From: Paraspadella gotoi
Taxonomy: Eukaryota; Animalia; Chaetognatha
Assembly: GCA_051294375.1 (NCBI GenBank)
Contig: CM119265.1
Coordinates: 15,846,564 to 15,910,563, forward strand
Length of the DNA: 64,000 nucleotides
Reading direction: 5' to 3'
In this document: positions 50,201 through 63,778 of the stretch, one piece after another
Layout: every line of letters begins with the position of its first letter
Numbering within the stretch: the first letter of the stretch is position 1
Made by a program: the position numbers and the translations under genes
The notes under the pieces: generated by a model
Seen by the model: only the letters and a program-made list of their open reading frames with translations
What the model was told of the DNA's origin: nothing
Databases searched by the model: none

Positions 50201-51755
50201 TGGCTGATGCGCAGACATTAAGCCAGCTCAGTTAGAATCACGCCATTTCCGATCTTTACTTCTTTTTTTAACTTTTAATCTTGCTAATTTTCTTCTAAAT
50301 TCTCATCTTGGCGATTCATCTTGTTTTTTTTTTTTTCTGTTACACTTTCCGCCCCAGCCATCTATCCACCATCATTCGCTAATTTCGATTGTCCCATCCT
50401 CAACAGATGTCGTCCTTCAAATCTCCCCTTTTCTCTCTGTTCTTTTTTTTAAGGTTTAAAACGGTTTCGCTTTTCGCTCGACCAAAACCACCTCCTTTGT
50501 TTTTTTTCCATCACCGAAATAGTTAGATTTTTTCCCGGCCGGGGGAAGTTGAGGGGATAGGGGTGGTGTGAAAACAGGTGGAAAAAAGAAAGTACGGTAG
50601 AGAAGATGAGATAAAAGGAATTACCTGTTGGGGTTTCAAACTTTTGAAAAGGGATATTATGAGGCAGGTTCGATTAACAACACCTCTTTGCCAAGGATCG
50701 AATCGCGGGGCGTTAATAAAGTTTCTTTTAATTTGAATGAGTAAATTGGAGATATCATATTCCCCATGGTGCAAGGCAGCATCTTTTTTTAACAAAATCT
50801 CCAAATTGGCGAAGATCTGAAACTGAAAACAAATAAGAAAAAGTATTCCGGTACAAATTACTGGTCAAAAAAAGTAAGTAAATTCTAGGACCCGAACGGA
50901 GTTTGAAAACGAAAAGGTGAGGTACGGACTGCAACGTCAAACAAAATGAAATAGAAGCCTTTGATTTACTTTCTCCCGTTTTCCTCTCGATTTATTCATG
51001 AATCGTTTGCGTATTAATTATGATGAGACGCTTTAACGACCAGTTATGAGTCGGGCTCTCTCTTCTCTCTCATCTCTCTCTCTCTCCTCTCTCTCTCTCC
51101 CTCTCTCTATCTCTCTCTCATCTTGCTCCTCTTTCTGACTGGGGCTCAGATCGGGGACAAAAACAGCAAAACGAAAGCATTAAAAAGAAGCAGCGGCGAT
51201 GATTGAAGCATGCTCGGAAACACGAAACATAACAAATGGAGGCGAAAATAATAGCGGGAGTGCAGAAAGCGGAGGACCGTAGAACGGCTACCGGGAAAAG
51301 CGGGGAGACAAACAACGCTCCGCGCGCCCGAGTAGGCACCCGATTTAACAGCACGCGTCGCCGGCCTCGATCTTCGCGCGTGACCGGGGGGCACTGATTT
51401 TGATGGAACGTGTACCTAGAGAGGGGAGGGAGGAGAGTCGGCAGGGGGCCCGAGGGGAGGAGCAATGAAGCGGTTTACTCACAAGGACGGAGAGAAAGGA
51501 AACTCGAGAGAGAAACGTTTTGTTTGTGCTTTTCTTTTGTTTTTTTTTTCAAAGTCGGTTCGGATTTAATTCAAAAGTGAGCGGGAAGAGAAAGAGGGAT
51601 TTTACGCAGGCAATTAGAGGCAGTCTAATTGATGTTTTAAAATGTGGGTGGGTCGAATAGAGTGAATTTCGTATTAGTTTCTAATTGAAATGTTGGTTGA
51701 GTCAATAAGAGGCTTTTAGCGAACATAAGACGAATTTATATACGACATTGTATTT
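44283..51755 (-). repeat. Inverted copy of ~35825-43305 (giant palindrome arm)
   Basis: Mirror ORFs have identical translations. Coordinate sums are 87588 (e.g. 42708..43115 vs 44473..44880) and 87578 (e.g. 37371..37712 vs 49866..50207). An indel-rich patch lies at ~49020-49430. Confidence 0.95.
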
Positions 51756-51759
51756 ACTT

Positions 51760-53293
51760 CAAATCCCTCTCTCCCCTCCCCTTAGGACACGTCATCAAAT
51801 TGCCGGTCACGCGCGAAATCCCGCGTGTGTAAATCGGGTCCTACTCGGCCGCGCGAGCGTTTTTTTTTCTCCCCGCTTCCGTCGTTCGTCGTCCGCTTTC
51901 TCTCTCCCGCTTCATTATTTCGCCTCCATTTTTATGTTTCGTTTTCCGAGATGGCTTCATCATCGCCGCTGCTTTTTTTATGCTTTGTTTTTGTTTTTCT
52001 CAACCACATCTACTAACAATACCGAAATTCAACTCTTTCGGATCCCCACCACATTTTAAATCTGCTAATGTTGACTTAGCTCTTGGTACTTCGCGTGCTC
52101 ATTACAATTCCTCTTTCTCTTCCTCCGCTCACTTTTGATGAGTGATAAATCCGACCGATTGAAAAAAAAAAAAAAAAATAAGAACAAAAAAAAAAAAAAA
52201 AAGAAAAAGAAGAAAAAAAACAGTTTCTCTCTCGAGATTTCCTTTTCTCTCGTCCTTTGTAAACCACTTCATGCTTCTCCCTCGGCCCCGCTGCACCTCC
52301 TCCTCTCCCCTCCCTCTATAGGCTCTACACTGTCCATCAAATCTGCCCCGGTCACGCGCGGAAATCGCCGGCAGCTACGTCGGTGCTGATGTAATATCGG
52401 GTCCTTACTCGGGACGCGCGGAGCGTTTGTATTTGTTTTTCTCCCGCTTCCCGCGTAGCCGTTTACGGTCCTCGCGCTTTCCGTCACTCCCGCCATTATT
52501 TTCGCCTCCATTTTTATGTTTCGTGTTTCCGAGATGGCTTCATCATCGCCGCTGCTTTTTTATGGCGTTTGGTTTTTGTTTGTTTCCCTCCATCTGGCGC
52601 CGCATCAAGAAAAGAGAAAGAAATAGAGAAGAGAGGAGAGAAGAGAAGAGAAGAAAAAGGAGAAGGAGAGAAGAAGAGATGAAGACATAGAGGACGAGAG
52701 ACGAGTAANNNNNNNNNNNNNNNNNNNNNNNNNAGAGTAGAGAGAGAGCCCGACTCATTAATGGTCGTTAACGTCTCAGTCATAATTAATACGAACGATT
52801 TCATGAATAAATCGAGAGAAAACGGAAAAGGTAAATCAAAGGCTTCTATTTCATTTTTTTTGACGTTGAGGTCGTACCTCACCTTTCTCGTTTTTCCAAA
52901 CTCCCTTCGGGTCCTAGATTTACTTACCTTTTTTTTACCATTGTAATTTGTACCGGAATATTTTTTCTTAATTTTTTTTCAGTTTCAGATCTTTCGCCAT
53001 TTGGAGATTTTAGTTAAAAAGATGCTGCCTTGTAGACAGTGTGAATATGAATATGCGAATATCAATTGACTCATTGCAAATTAAAAGAAAATTTATCATC
53101 TACGCGCGCAATCTCGATCCGCAAATTAATCGGGACCCCCGGGACCCCGCACCCCGACCCTGCTCCATAATATCCCTTTTCAAAAGTTTGAAACCCCAAC
53201 AGGTAATTCCTTTTATCTCATCTTCTTCTACGTACTTTCTTTTTTCCACCTTTTTTCCACCACCCCCCTATCCCCTCAACTTCGCCCGGCGGG
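51760..53293 (+). repeat. Noisy direct partial copies of ~36140-36420 and ~35870-37045
   Basis: Shared blocks such as catcatcgccgctgcttttt and ttcaaaagtttgaaaccccaacaggtaattcc. Confidence 0.8.
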
Positions 53294-54068
53294 NNNNNNN
53301 NNNNNNNNNNNNNNNNNNNNNNNNNNNNNNNNNNNNNNNNNNNNNNNNNNNNNNNNNNNNNNNNNNNNNNNNNNNNNNNNNNNNNNNNNNNNNNNNNNNN
53401 NNNNNNNNNNNNNNNNNNNNNNNNNNNNNNNNNNNNNNNNNNNNNNNNNNNNNNNNNNNNNNNNNNNNNNNNNNNNNNNNNNNNNNNNNNNNNNNNNNNN
53501 NNNNNNNNNNNNNNNNNNNNNNNNNNNNNNNNNNNNNNNNNNNNNNNNNNNNNNNNNNNNNNNNNNNNNNNNNNNNNNNNNNNNNNNNNNNNNNNNNNNN
53601 NNNNNNNNNNNNNNNNNNNNNNNNNNNNNNNNNNNNNNNNNNNNNNNNNNNNNNNNNNNNNNNNNNNNNNNNNNNNNNNNNNNNNNNNNNNNNNNNNNNN
53701 NNNNNNNNNNNNNNNNNNNNNNNNNNNNNNNNNNNNNNNNNNNNNNNNNNNNNNNNNNNNNNNNNNNNNNNNNNNNNNNNNNNNNNNNNNNNNNNNNNNN
53801 NNNNNNNNNNNNNNNNNNNNNNNNNNNNNNNNNNNNNNNNNNNNNNNNNNNNNNNNNNNNNNNNNNNNNNNNNNNNNNNNNNNNNNNNNNNNNNNNNNNN
53901 NNNNNNNNNNNNNNNNNNNNNNNNNNNNNNNNNNNNNNNNNNNNNNNNNNNNNNNNNNNNNNNNNNNNNNNNNNNNNNNNNNNNNNNNNNNNNNNNNNNN
54001 NNNNNNNNNNNNNNNNNNNNNNNNNNNNNNNNNNNNNNNNNNNNNNNNNNNNNNNNNNNNNNNNNNNN
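53294..54068. other. Assembly gap (largest of many N runs)
   Basis: N run. Gaps of exactly 25 N occur at 34537-34561, 44258-44282, 52709-52733, 57777-57801, 59370-59394 and 60363-60387. Confidence 0.99.
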
Positions 54069-54274
54069 AGATAGAATAGAAATTAGCAAGGATTAAAAGT
54101 TAGAAAAAGACCTGATTAGTAAATGGCAAAACGGTCAAGATATTATTATTTTGCGAAGATAAAGTCACGATATAATTAGACTTTAGAGCTTATAGAGCGA
54201 CATCGGATCTCTTCTCTCTCTCTCCTCTTCTATCTCCTCTCTCTCTCTGCTCTGCATCTCCTCTCTGCTCCTCT

Positions 54275-57200
54275 TGAGCCATTGATTGCGTAAGACCCTT
54301 GGGAGAATAGGGTTCCGAACTTAAACTCGCTCGAGTTTTGACCAAGAATGCTGCGTGGTCCGGGGTGATAGGGAGCGATAGAAATAGAGTACAGATAGAG
54401 AGAGAGAACATGGAAGATTAGATAGTAACATGGAAAGAAAAAAATTAAGACGCTAAAATTTTTTTAGAAAAAGAGTTTAAAGAACAGTTGAAATAAATTT
54501 GCAAACAACAATTGATTCTCATTGATAGTATCAACCTGTTTCCCCCGGGTCCTTCAAAATTTCCGGGAAATTTCCTTTTAATTTACAAACTCAACAAAAA
54601 AGAAACGATTTAATTCATAGTAAAGGTAGGCATGCCTGTTTAAAAAAGGGAATAAGAGTTCAGTTACATAAGATCTTACTGAATATAAATAAATAGAATC
54701 ACGATATTCAAGCGAGCCTACATCACGAAATGGCAATTAACTATAACCTAGAAAAACCAACCGATTGCGATATGTAATGAAGATACGAAACGCGAACGAA
54801 GAGAGGCGAGAGAGAGTTGTTAAATAAACAGAGAGCGGCGTGGCGCGCTGGGGCAAGTTCAGTGAATGATTAATTCGTATTTATCCGCTTTCTCCCCGCG
54901 GAGAAATGGCGTTGGAATCGTTAAGACGAGATCTCGCGATTAGCGACGCCACGAGGAGACGAACTCTTCGCGACGGTTTCCATTCACATTGGCCAGATGG
55001 CGCGCCAGATGGCAATCGCCCCGTGGAACGGGACGAAGTCGTCGTCCGGCGCTTCGGCACTCCCACCGGGGATTCGAGAGTCGAATGAAGTCCATTATCA
55101 CGGTTCCTGAGTATGTGTGGCCGGCGATGGGCTTTTTTGAAAATGAAGTTATTTTTGCGTATATTTATTGACTTGTTAATGGTATCGGCCAAGCGCTGAC
55201 TTCCTAACTTAAGTCCTAATATATTCAACACCAACGTATTCCATGCTCACCATCTCGATGTCCAAAATTGGTCCCTCCCTTCATGCCTTACCGTCAGTCG
55301 TGCGTCGTCGTCGTCGTCGTCCATTTGAGTCAATAAATTGTCATAATCTCCGTCTATTGCTAAATAGCCTTCTTTTTAGACTCACCACATTTATAACTAA
55401 TACGAAATTCACTCTTTTTCGAACCACCCACATTTTAAAAATCTGCATAATATTGCTAAAACCTCTTTCTCTTTCCCGCTCACTTTTTGAGATAAATCCG
55501 TACGAACGATTGAAAAAAAAAAAAGAAAAAGAAAAAAAGTTCTCTCTCGATTTCCTTCTCTCTTCGTCTCCTTTAAAACCCTTCATTCTCGTCACCTCGC
55601 CGCGCCCCTGCCCTCTCTCGCCCTCCCGTGTAGGACACCGTCATCAAATGCCGGTACGGCGCGACAATCAGCCGTGTGTAAAATCGGGTCGCTACTCGCG
55701 CCGCGCGAGGCGTTTTTTTTTTTTCTCCGCTTCCGTCGTTTCGTCGTCCGCTTTCTCTCTGCACCGCTATTCATTATTTCGCCTCCATTTTTATGTTTCG
55801 TTTTCCGAGATGGCTTCATCATGTCGGCCGCTGCTTTTTTTTATGCTTTGTTTTTTGTTTTTTTCCCGCATCCTGGGCCCCATCAGAGAAAAAGAGAGAG
55901 AGAAGAGAGATTAGAGAGAGGGAGGAGATGAGAGAGAGAGAGAGAAGAGAGAGAGAGAGGAGAGAGAGAGAGGAGGAGAGAGAGAGAGAGAGAGAGAGAG
56001 TAGTGAGAGAGAGCCCGACTCATTAATGTCGTTAACGTCTCAGTCATAACTTAATAAACGAAACGATTCATGAATAAATCCGAGAGAAAACGGAAAAAGT
56101 AAATCAAAGCTTCTATGTTTCATTTTTTGTTGACAGTTTGAACGGTCGTACCGTCACCTTTCTCGTTTCTTCCAAAACTCCGTTCGGGTCCTAGATTTTA
56201 CTACTAACATTTCTTTTTACCAATTGTAATTTGTACCCGGAATAATTTTTCTTAATTTTTTTTTCGAGTTTCAAGATCTTGCGCCAATTTGGAGATTTTA
56301 GTTAAAAGATGCTGCCCTTTGTAGACAGTGTGAATATTGAATATGCAGAATAATCAAATTGACTCATTGCAATTAAAAGAAAAATTTATCATTTCCCGCG
56401 CAAATCTCGATCTTGCAAATTAATCGGAACCCCTGCTCCATAATATCCGCTTTTCAAAAGTTTGAAACCCCACAGGTAATTCCTTTCTATCTCATCTTTC
56501 TATCTACGTACTTCTTCTTATTTCAACCTTTTTTCCACGCACCCCCTTATCCCCTCAACTTCGCCCGGCGGGGGAAAAAATCTAATCTATTTTCGTGGGT
56601 GGATGGAAAACAAAGGAAGGTGGTTTTAGGTCGAAGCGAAAAAGCGAAACCGTTTATATAAACCTTAAAAAAAAAGAACAGAGAAGTAAAAGGGGAATTT
56701 GAAGGCGATCTTGTTGATGGGAATATCGAAGATGCGAATGATGGGTTGAGGGGGGCTGGGGCGGGAAAAGTGTTCAGCGAAAAAAAAAAAAAGATGAATC
56801 GCAAGATGAATAGAAAATAGCAAGGATTAAAATAGTTGAAAAAAAGCTAGTTCGGAGAAGTGGGCGTCTTTGAATTCTAACTGACTGGACTAATTCTGCG
56901 GCATTCAAGACCAGAGTTGAAGTGGGTATAAATGGGCGCAGAAGAGACGATGGCCGCCGGTCAAAACGCCATGGAGGAGATGATCGACGACAGAGTCATC
57001 GGTAGATGACGTCGGCTAAGGCGGAAAGGACGACGATCTAGCGCGAACCCAGGAACTTGAAAATGCGAATGGTCCTGTAAGTCCTGTTTGTAAAGTAGAT
57101 TGCTTGTTATAGAAGTCGCTGGCAAAGAATAACAAGTACAATTTAGTACAGAACTCAGGCAAATTATATATTAAATTTAAAGTGTCTTTTCTTACTTGTT

Positions 57201-59269
57201 TCTGAAGGCCAATAATAAACCAATAAAGAGATGCTTTCTCTCATAGAAAAGTCGCACCAAAACCTAGCGATCACACAAAAATGAGTAGTTGCGCGAGATA
57301 AGTCTGATAAAAGAGTTTCTAATGCTCTGAAAAAGAACTAAAAACCCAGTTTGACACAACTTTGAGATCTGAAGATGCCACGTGCCAGATTCGATAAGAT
57401 CTTAATCGAAATCCATCGAAATCACGTGGCACCAATCAGAATCAGCACTGTACATCTGCTTCGGAATTCTGGTACTATAGTGTTAACAAAAGAAAGAGCC
57501 TAAAGATTAGTCGTGTCGATCGCTAGATAATGGAACATTTTCGATTCAGCTAATAAAGAGCAAAAGAGGCAACGGGGAAAAAGGTTAGAGAAGCTGGATT
57601 TCCTCGAATATTAAAGATAGTTATTTCGTAACAAATGGGCCAAAACGGTCAAGGTATTATTATTTTTACGAAAGATAAATGTCAAAGATATAATTAGACC
57701 TTTAACGAGCTTATTAGAGGACATCGGTATGACACGAAGCCATTTGAAAAGGAATAAAAAAGAAGAATCGGCTTCANNNNNNNNNNNNNNNNNNNNNNNN
57801 NTGGCTTCAGGTCATTAAATCAAATCCAAATTAAAATGAGGAAAAAAAAAGAAGGCAAATGGCCTGGTGAAAAAAATAGCAAAAAAGCGAAACAAAGGCT
57901 TGACAAATAGCAAATGGCAAAATGACAAATGCAAGGCAGGGTGCGTCTCGCTTTTTTCTCTTTTTTTCAACTCGAGATCCATGAATACGAAATGTATTAA
58001 GCCCAGAAAACCGACGCGACGGTGATTCTCGTGTGGATTCGAAAGAAAAAAAAACAGGGTTATCCAAAAGGAGGGTTGGGAGTTGGAAAGAGGCTTTGCG
58101 GTCGTCGCCGTGGTTACTGGTGTTGGTTATTGTTGTCGTTGTTGTTGTTGTATGATATAAGAAAACTGACGTCATCTGAAGAAGGTCAGAACGGATGAAA
58201 GGAAATAGAAATAGAGGAGGGCTGGGGGATTGGTTTNNNNNNNNNNNNNNNNNNNNNNNNNNNNNNNNNNNNNNNNNNNNNNNNNNNNNNNNNNNNNNNN
58301 NNNNNNNNNNNNNNNNNNNNNNNNNNNNNNNNNNNNNNNNNNNNNNNNNNNNNNNNNNNNNNNNNNNNNNNNNNNNNNNNNNNNNNNNNNNNNNNNNNNN
58401 NNNNNNNNNNNNNNNNNNNNNNNNNNNNNNNNNNNNNNNNNNNNNNNNNNNNNNNNNNNNNNNNNNNNNNNNNNNNNNNNNNNNNNNNNNNNNNNNNNNN
58501 NNNNAGAGAGCGAGAGCGATAGCGATTGTTTTCACCGCGATTTCACGCCGCTCAAGAAATTCTCAACGAGCAAGGGACGCCGCGGCGTCGTTAGTGNNNN
58601 NNNNNNNNNNNNNNNNNNNNNNNNNNNNNNNNNNNNNNNNNNNNNNNNNNNNNNNNNNNNNNNNNNNNNNNNNNNNNNNNNNNNNNNNNNNNNNNNNNNN
58701 NNNNNNNNNNNNNNNNNNNNNNNNNNNNNNNNNNNNNNNNNNNNNNNNNNNNNNNNNNNNNNNNNNNNNNNNNNNNNNNNNNNNNNNNNNNNNNNNNNNN
58801 NNNNNNNNNNNNNNNNNNNNNNNNNNNNNNNNNNNNNNNNNNNNNNNNNNNNNNNNNNNNNNNNNNNNNNNNNNNNNNNNNNNNNNNNNNNNNNNNNNNN
58901 NNNNNNNNNNNNNNNNNNNNNNNNNNNNNGAGGCGACGCGATGGCGGCGACGCCATGTCGGAAAAAAACGACGAAGACGAAGACAATTAAAGAATAAATT
59001 TTTGAAAAAAAGGAAAAAAAACTTTTAAGTTTAACTCAAGATGTTTTATAGTTTAACTAAAACGGAAGAAAGCCTCAATTGATTTTGGATGGAAAAGGAA
59101 GCAAAGCAGCCGAAAAGTAATCGACGATGACGACGATGACGACGAAGACAGTGATTGTTTTTTTTTGTTTTGTTATTTTTGTTGTTTTGTTCTTTTTGTT
59201 GTTTTTGTTGTTTTGTTGTTTTTGTTGTCAAANNNNNNNNNNNNNNNNNNNNNNNNNNNNNNNNNNNNN

Positions 59270-59302
<33 letters not shown>

Positions 59303-59515
59303 GTCATCAGAGGCGGCGTCAAAAAATCTTGAAATGATTTTCAAGAAGAGTAAAGTGGAAATAAAATAANNNNNNNNNNNNNNNNNNNNNNNNNACGGAA
59401 AATAGATTTGAAATGGAATGGGCCAAGTCGTAGATTCCTTTTACGAGACCATAAAAAGAAATCCCTCTAAATCGGTCAAAGGGAGCGAAATTGAAAATAT
59501 AGAAAATGAGGAGAG
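54275..59515 (+). repeat. Noisy, gapped direct copy of ~34826-40245
   Basis: Collinear landmarks throughout, indel-rich and interrupted by N runs. Confidence 0.85.
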
Positions 59516-59714
59516 NNNNNNNNNNNNNNNNNNNNNNNNNNNNNNNNNNNNNNNNNNNNNNNNNNNNNNNNNNNNNNNNNNNNNNNNNNNNNNNNNNNNN
59601 NNNNNNNNNNNNNNNNNNNNNNNNNNNNNNNNNNNNNNNNNNNNNNNNNNNNNNNNNNNNNNNNNNNNNNNNNNNNNNNNNNNNNNNNNNNNNNNNNNNN
59701 NNNNNNNNNNNNNN

Positions 59715-62470
59715 AAGGAGGTAGGGCAATGGGGTGAGAGCGAAACTCGGCCCGTCGGAGTAAAGAAACGAAATGGAGGAAAAGGAAGAAGAGAGAGAAA
59801 AAAAAGGAAGAANNNNNNNNNNNNNNNNNNNNNNNNNNNNNNNNNNNNNNNNNNNNNNNNNNNNNNNNNNNNNNNNNNNNNNNNNNNNNNNNNNNNNNNN
59901 NNNNNNNNNNNNNNNNNNNNNNNNNNNNNNNNNNNNNNNNNNNNNNNNNNNNNNNNNNNNTTTTTTTTTTTTCGTTTCGGAGGAAAAAAGAGTGAACTGT
60001 TTTTCTTTTCTTTTTTTTTCCCTTCGCTTGAATCTGCCTGTGGGTCGATGGTGGTTGAAATCCTATGAAATAAGAGGATATTTCGTCCAAGAGAGAGAAT
60101 GTTGACGATCTGATTACTGGATGAGTTGCTTATATATTTTTATTTTTACGTGCTTCGGAGAATATATCAAGAGACGCGCCTTTATTTACTTTAGATTTTC
60201 CCTTACGCTTGAATTTCTGCCTGTGGGTCGATGGTGGCTACTTGTATTAAATCCTCATGAAATAAGAGGATATTTCGTCCGTCGGTCGGTTTTTTTTTTT
60301 TTTGTTTTTTTTTTTTTGTCGGTCGCCGCAAATTGGAATCGGTACTTGTTTTCCGGGAATCGNNNNNNNNNNNNNNNNNNNNNNNNNCGTTCGATTCCGG
60401 GGTTGGCGAGCGGGTGAGTGTTCGGACCTCCTAGCGGCATTTTGAGCGAAAAAGGAAAAGAGTGAATAAAGAGACCTTCCTTTCTTGTTTTCGCCACAAA
60501 AATAGTCACAAAAGGAGAAGAAACTAAGGAGGAAAGAAAATTGTTTTTTTTTTATTAAAAAAATTGGTGATCGTTTTCTGAAGAAAAAAGGGACGGCGAA
60601 TTTTCTTTTTCATTCCTCGCTCGAGTTTGATGCCTCTTCTTTCTATACCCTCTGTGTCGGTCGGTCGGTACACTTCTTCCGTCGTTAGACTCACCGTGTT
60701 TGTCGATACACCACTTACAGTTATAACAATATCGGTTCATCCAATGTGTTGCGCCCCAGTGACTATATTTTCATTGTATTTCCATTTGATCACATAATAT
60801 GACATTACATGACATGACTAAAAAACTTTCATAACCCGTGTATTTATGACATGGACTGCATCAAAATTTCGTCTTTTATTTCTTATAGTTTTATGATTTC
60901 CTGACGGCGGCGCTCGCAGTCACTTAGATTTGAGATTTTTTTCCGACGCACGGACCGACCGACAGAACGACCGACCAAAAAGTGACTTATATTCTTTTAC
61001 TCGCGAAGCAAAATATTATTTTTCTCATTATTTGTTTAATAACATAAAATTTTATTTTTAAATAACCTTTCCAGCGGATATCCCAATATTTGGTGTTATT
61101 GAATTTCCGTCGTTTTAGCGCACACGCATATCTCAATAATTGTTTATAAAAAAAAAAAAACTAAGAAAGTTGAAGGAGTACATAAATTGGGCAATGGAGT
61201 TCGGAACAGGTTGCAAGGGTTAGAAAAAAAAAATTGGGAAGAGAAAGAAACTGAGGAGGAGCGATCAAAGAAAGATGGTGATAAGACGGATCATGTAAAC
61301 AGACCGAATGTAAAGCGACGAAAAAGGAGGTCAGGAAAAAAAAAAAAAAGAGGAGGGAGAAGAGAAGGGAGAAAAGGGAGGAATGGAAAAGTTTTGATAG
61401 AAAAAAAAAAACTGTTTGGGAGGTTGATGGAGTCGGAGTGGTTATGGTTGGTCTGTTGTCTGACATTGCAATAAGTTTATTTATAAGCAGTGACAACTGG
61501 GTCGTGACCCGATGGCTCATTGGAGTATGCGTAATACCATCAGCTCTAAACTCTCAACTTAAACTTGCTCCGTGCTGTGGGTAGGCTTTAAATTAGCCTT
61601 GGAATGAGCTCTTATAAAAACTAAACACATATTGTGATTGTATTAGCGCTATCAATAACATTTTTATTCGAAGTTGTTATAAAGCTATGAAATGTTTTTT
61701 GGGGGGTCGTTTTCGGTGGGTTCTGGTATGGTGGGACTCTGATCACAGTCTAGTTTATTCAACTCCCAGAGTATCTGGCTTCCCTTATCAATGAAGTATA
61801 TCATTACTAATAATTATACCATTAGTAAGAGCATAAGAGATATTCTTAAATATTAGTTGCGAGGCCAAGAGCGCGCGGACGTACCGAGGAACCAAACGGG
61901 CGGAGAAACAAAAGGGATCTAATTACTGTTATTAAATGTCAGTTCTCGTCGCGGCAACTTGAAAAGAAGGTCAGAGGCGAAAGAGTTTGCGCAAATGGGG
62001 AGACTGATGGGAAAGAAGAAAGAAGAAAAGCAAAGAAGAAGAAGAAAGTAAAGAAAGCAGAAACACAAATTGAGGCGAGGAGGGGGCGACGGCTGGGGGG
62101 GGGCGAATTAGGAAGAGAGAAAAAGGGGAGGAGAAAAAGGAGGAAGAGGCGTCACTGAAAACTTGGCGAGAGGAAAAAAAAACTAGGAAATGGAAAGGGA
62201 CACGTTGGAAGAAGAAATAGCAGAAGAGGAAGTGGAGAGGAGGAAATAGGAGGGAAGAAGAAGAAAGAAGAAGAAGAAGAAGAAGAAGAAGAAGAAGAAG
62301 AAGAAGAAGAAGAAGAAGAAGAAGAAGAAGAAGGGAGGCGGATAAAGAGGAAAAATAAGATCGAGGAGGGAGAGGAGGAGGAGGGAGGAGGAGGAGTAGG
62401 GGAAGGGCGTCGAGGCCGGACATTTTCTCCTCTCGTCGGCGGTCGTGACGACGGAGAAAAACTAAACAAC
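59715..62470 (-). repeat. Noisy inverted copy of ~40610-43240
   Basis: Collinear with ~44350-46980 on the + strand (e.g. ggggttggcgag, cacagtctagtttat, gaaggtcagaggcgaaag). Confidence 0.85.
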
Positions 62471-63219
62471 GGGGAAAAAAATTCTTCTCTCCTCGCTCTC
62501 TCTCTCTCTCTCTCTCGTCTCTCTGCTCTCTCTCTCTCTCTCTTCTCTCCGTCTCTCTCATATTTCATAAACTCATTCTGTCGTACTCCTGCCTGTATCA
62601 ACGAACTTAATAAATATTAATAAAATAATCCGTTTTCGATCCGAATTAGATTCAAACTTCTTTTTTTTTTCGGAATTGATTTTCTTTCATTTTTATTTCT
62701 CAAAATTTTATTTTCGTCACATATTTTATCATTGAAAAAATAATTTTGTTTCGTCAAAAAAAAATATAAAAAGACTTTTTTTTTATCTTCACGGTTGCCA
62801 ACTGGTTTTTATTTGGGTTGACTCAACTTTCTACACCGTTGCCTTTATCATTTATTTATTCATTCATCCATTCATACACTCTTTTATTCAGTAACTGATA
62901 CAGTGATACATCCAGTCATTAATTTATTCACTTCAATCATTCATTTATTTATTTTCGAGATTAAACAAATATTTTTTTTTATTAAAAAAAATATGTAACT
63001 TTCCTGAATTTTTCAAGATTCATTGCGTCTCTCTTCCACTCATTATTCATATATAACACCATTTTTCCGTCCATAATTTTCTTCTCATTTATAATCATTT
63101 ATTTCTATATTTTTTTCTTTCCATCTTTTTCCCGTCATTTTCTTTCCTCCCACCCGATCCCTCAGTTTCATCGTGTTTTATAAGCCTTTATTGATTTTCA
63201 TTATCTTCCGTCTTCTCTC

Positions 63220-63267
<48 letters not shown>

Positions 63268-63403
63268 GCTTTTCATCATTTCCCTTTTACGACTGTTGAT
63301 GTATTTTCCTCCTCGCGGTTTTTGTTTCTTTTTCATCGCGTCTCATTCTTTACCATTTTCCTCTTCTCTTCTTTTATCCTTTCTATTTGCTTCTTTTTTT
63401 TCA

Positions 63404-63498
<95 letters not shown>

Positions 63499-63741
63499 TT
63501 TATTTTTTCTTTCTGTAATTGCTATAGCGACTTTATTGAACTTTCTAATTTTGTGTCGACTTTTCCGTGAGGTTTTGTTATAGATTAATTTAAAAAAATT
63601 AATTGATTGATGGTCGTAACTACAGTTTATAAGTTAGTTATATTTACTTTTAAATGAATGAATTTTATTTATATTCAAAAAGTAAAAAAGAATTTAGTTA
63701 CGAAGAACCAAAACACGAACAAAAAAGTTAGGACGGCTTAT

Positions 63742-63778
<37 letters not shown>

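Noticed and set aside
53041-60105. Long ORFs containing X runs
   Set aside because: They span N gaps.
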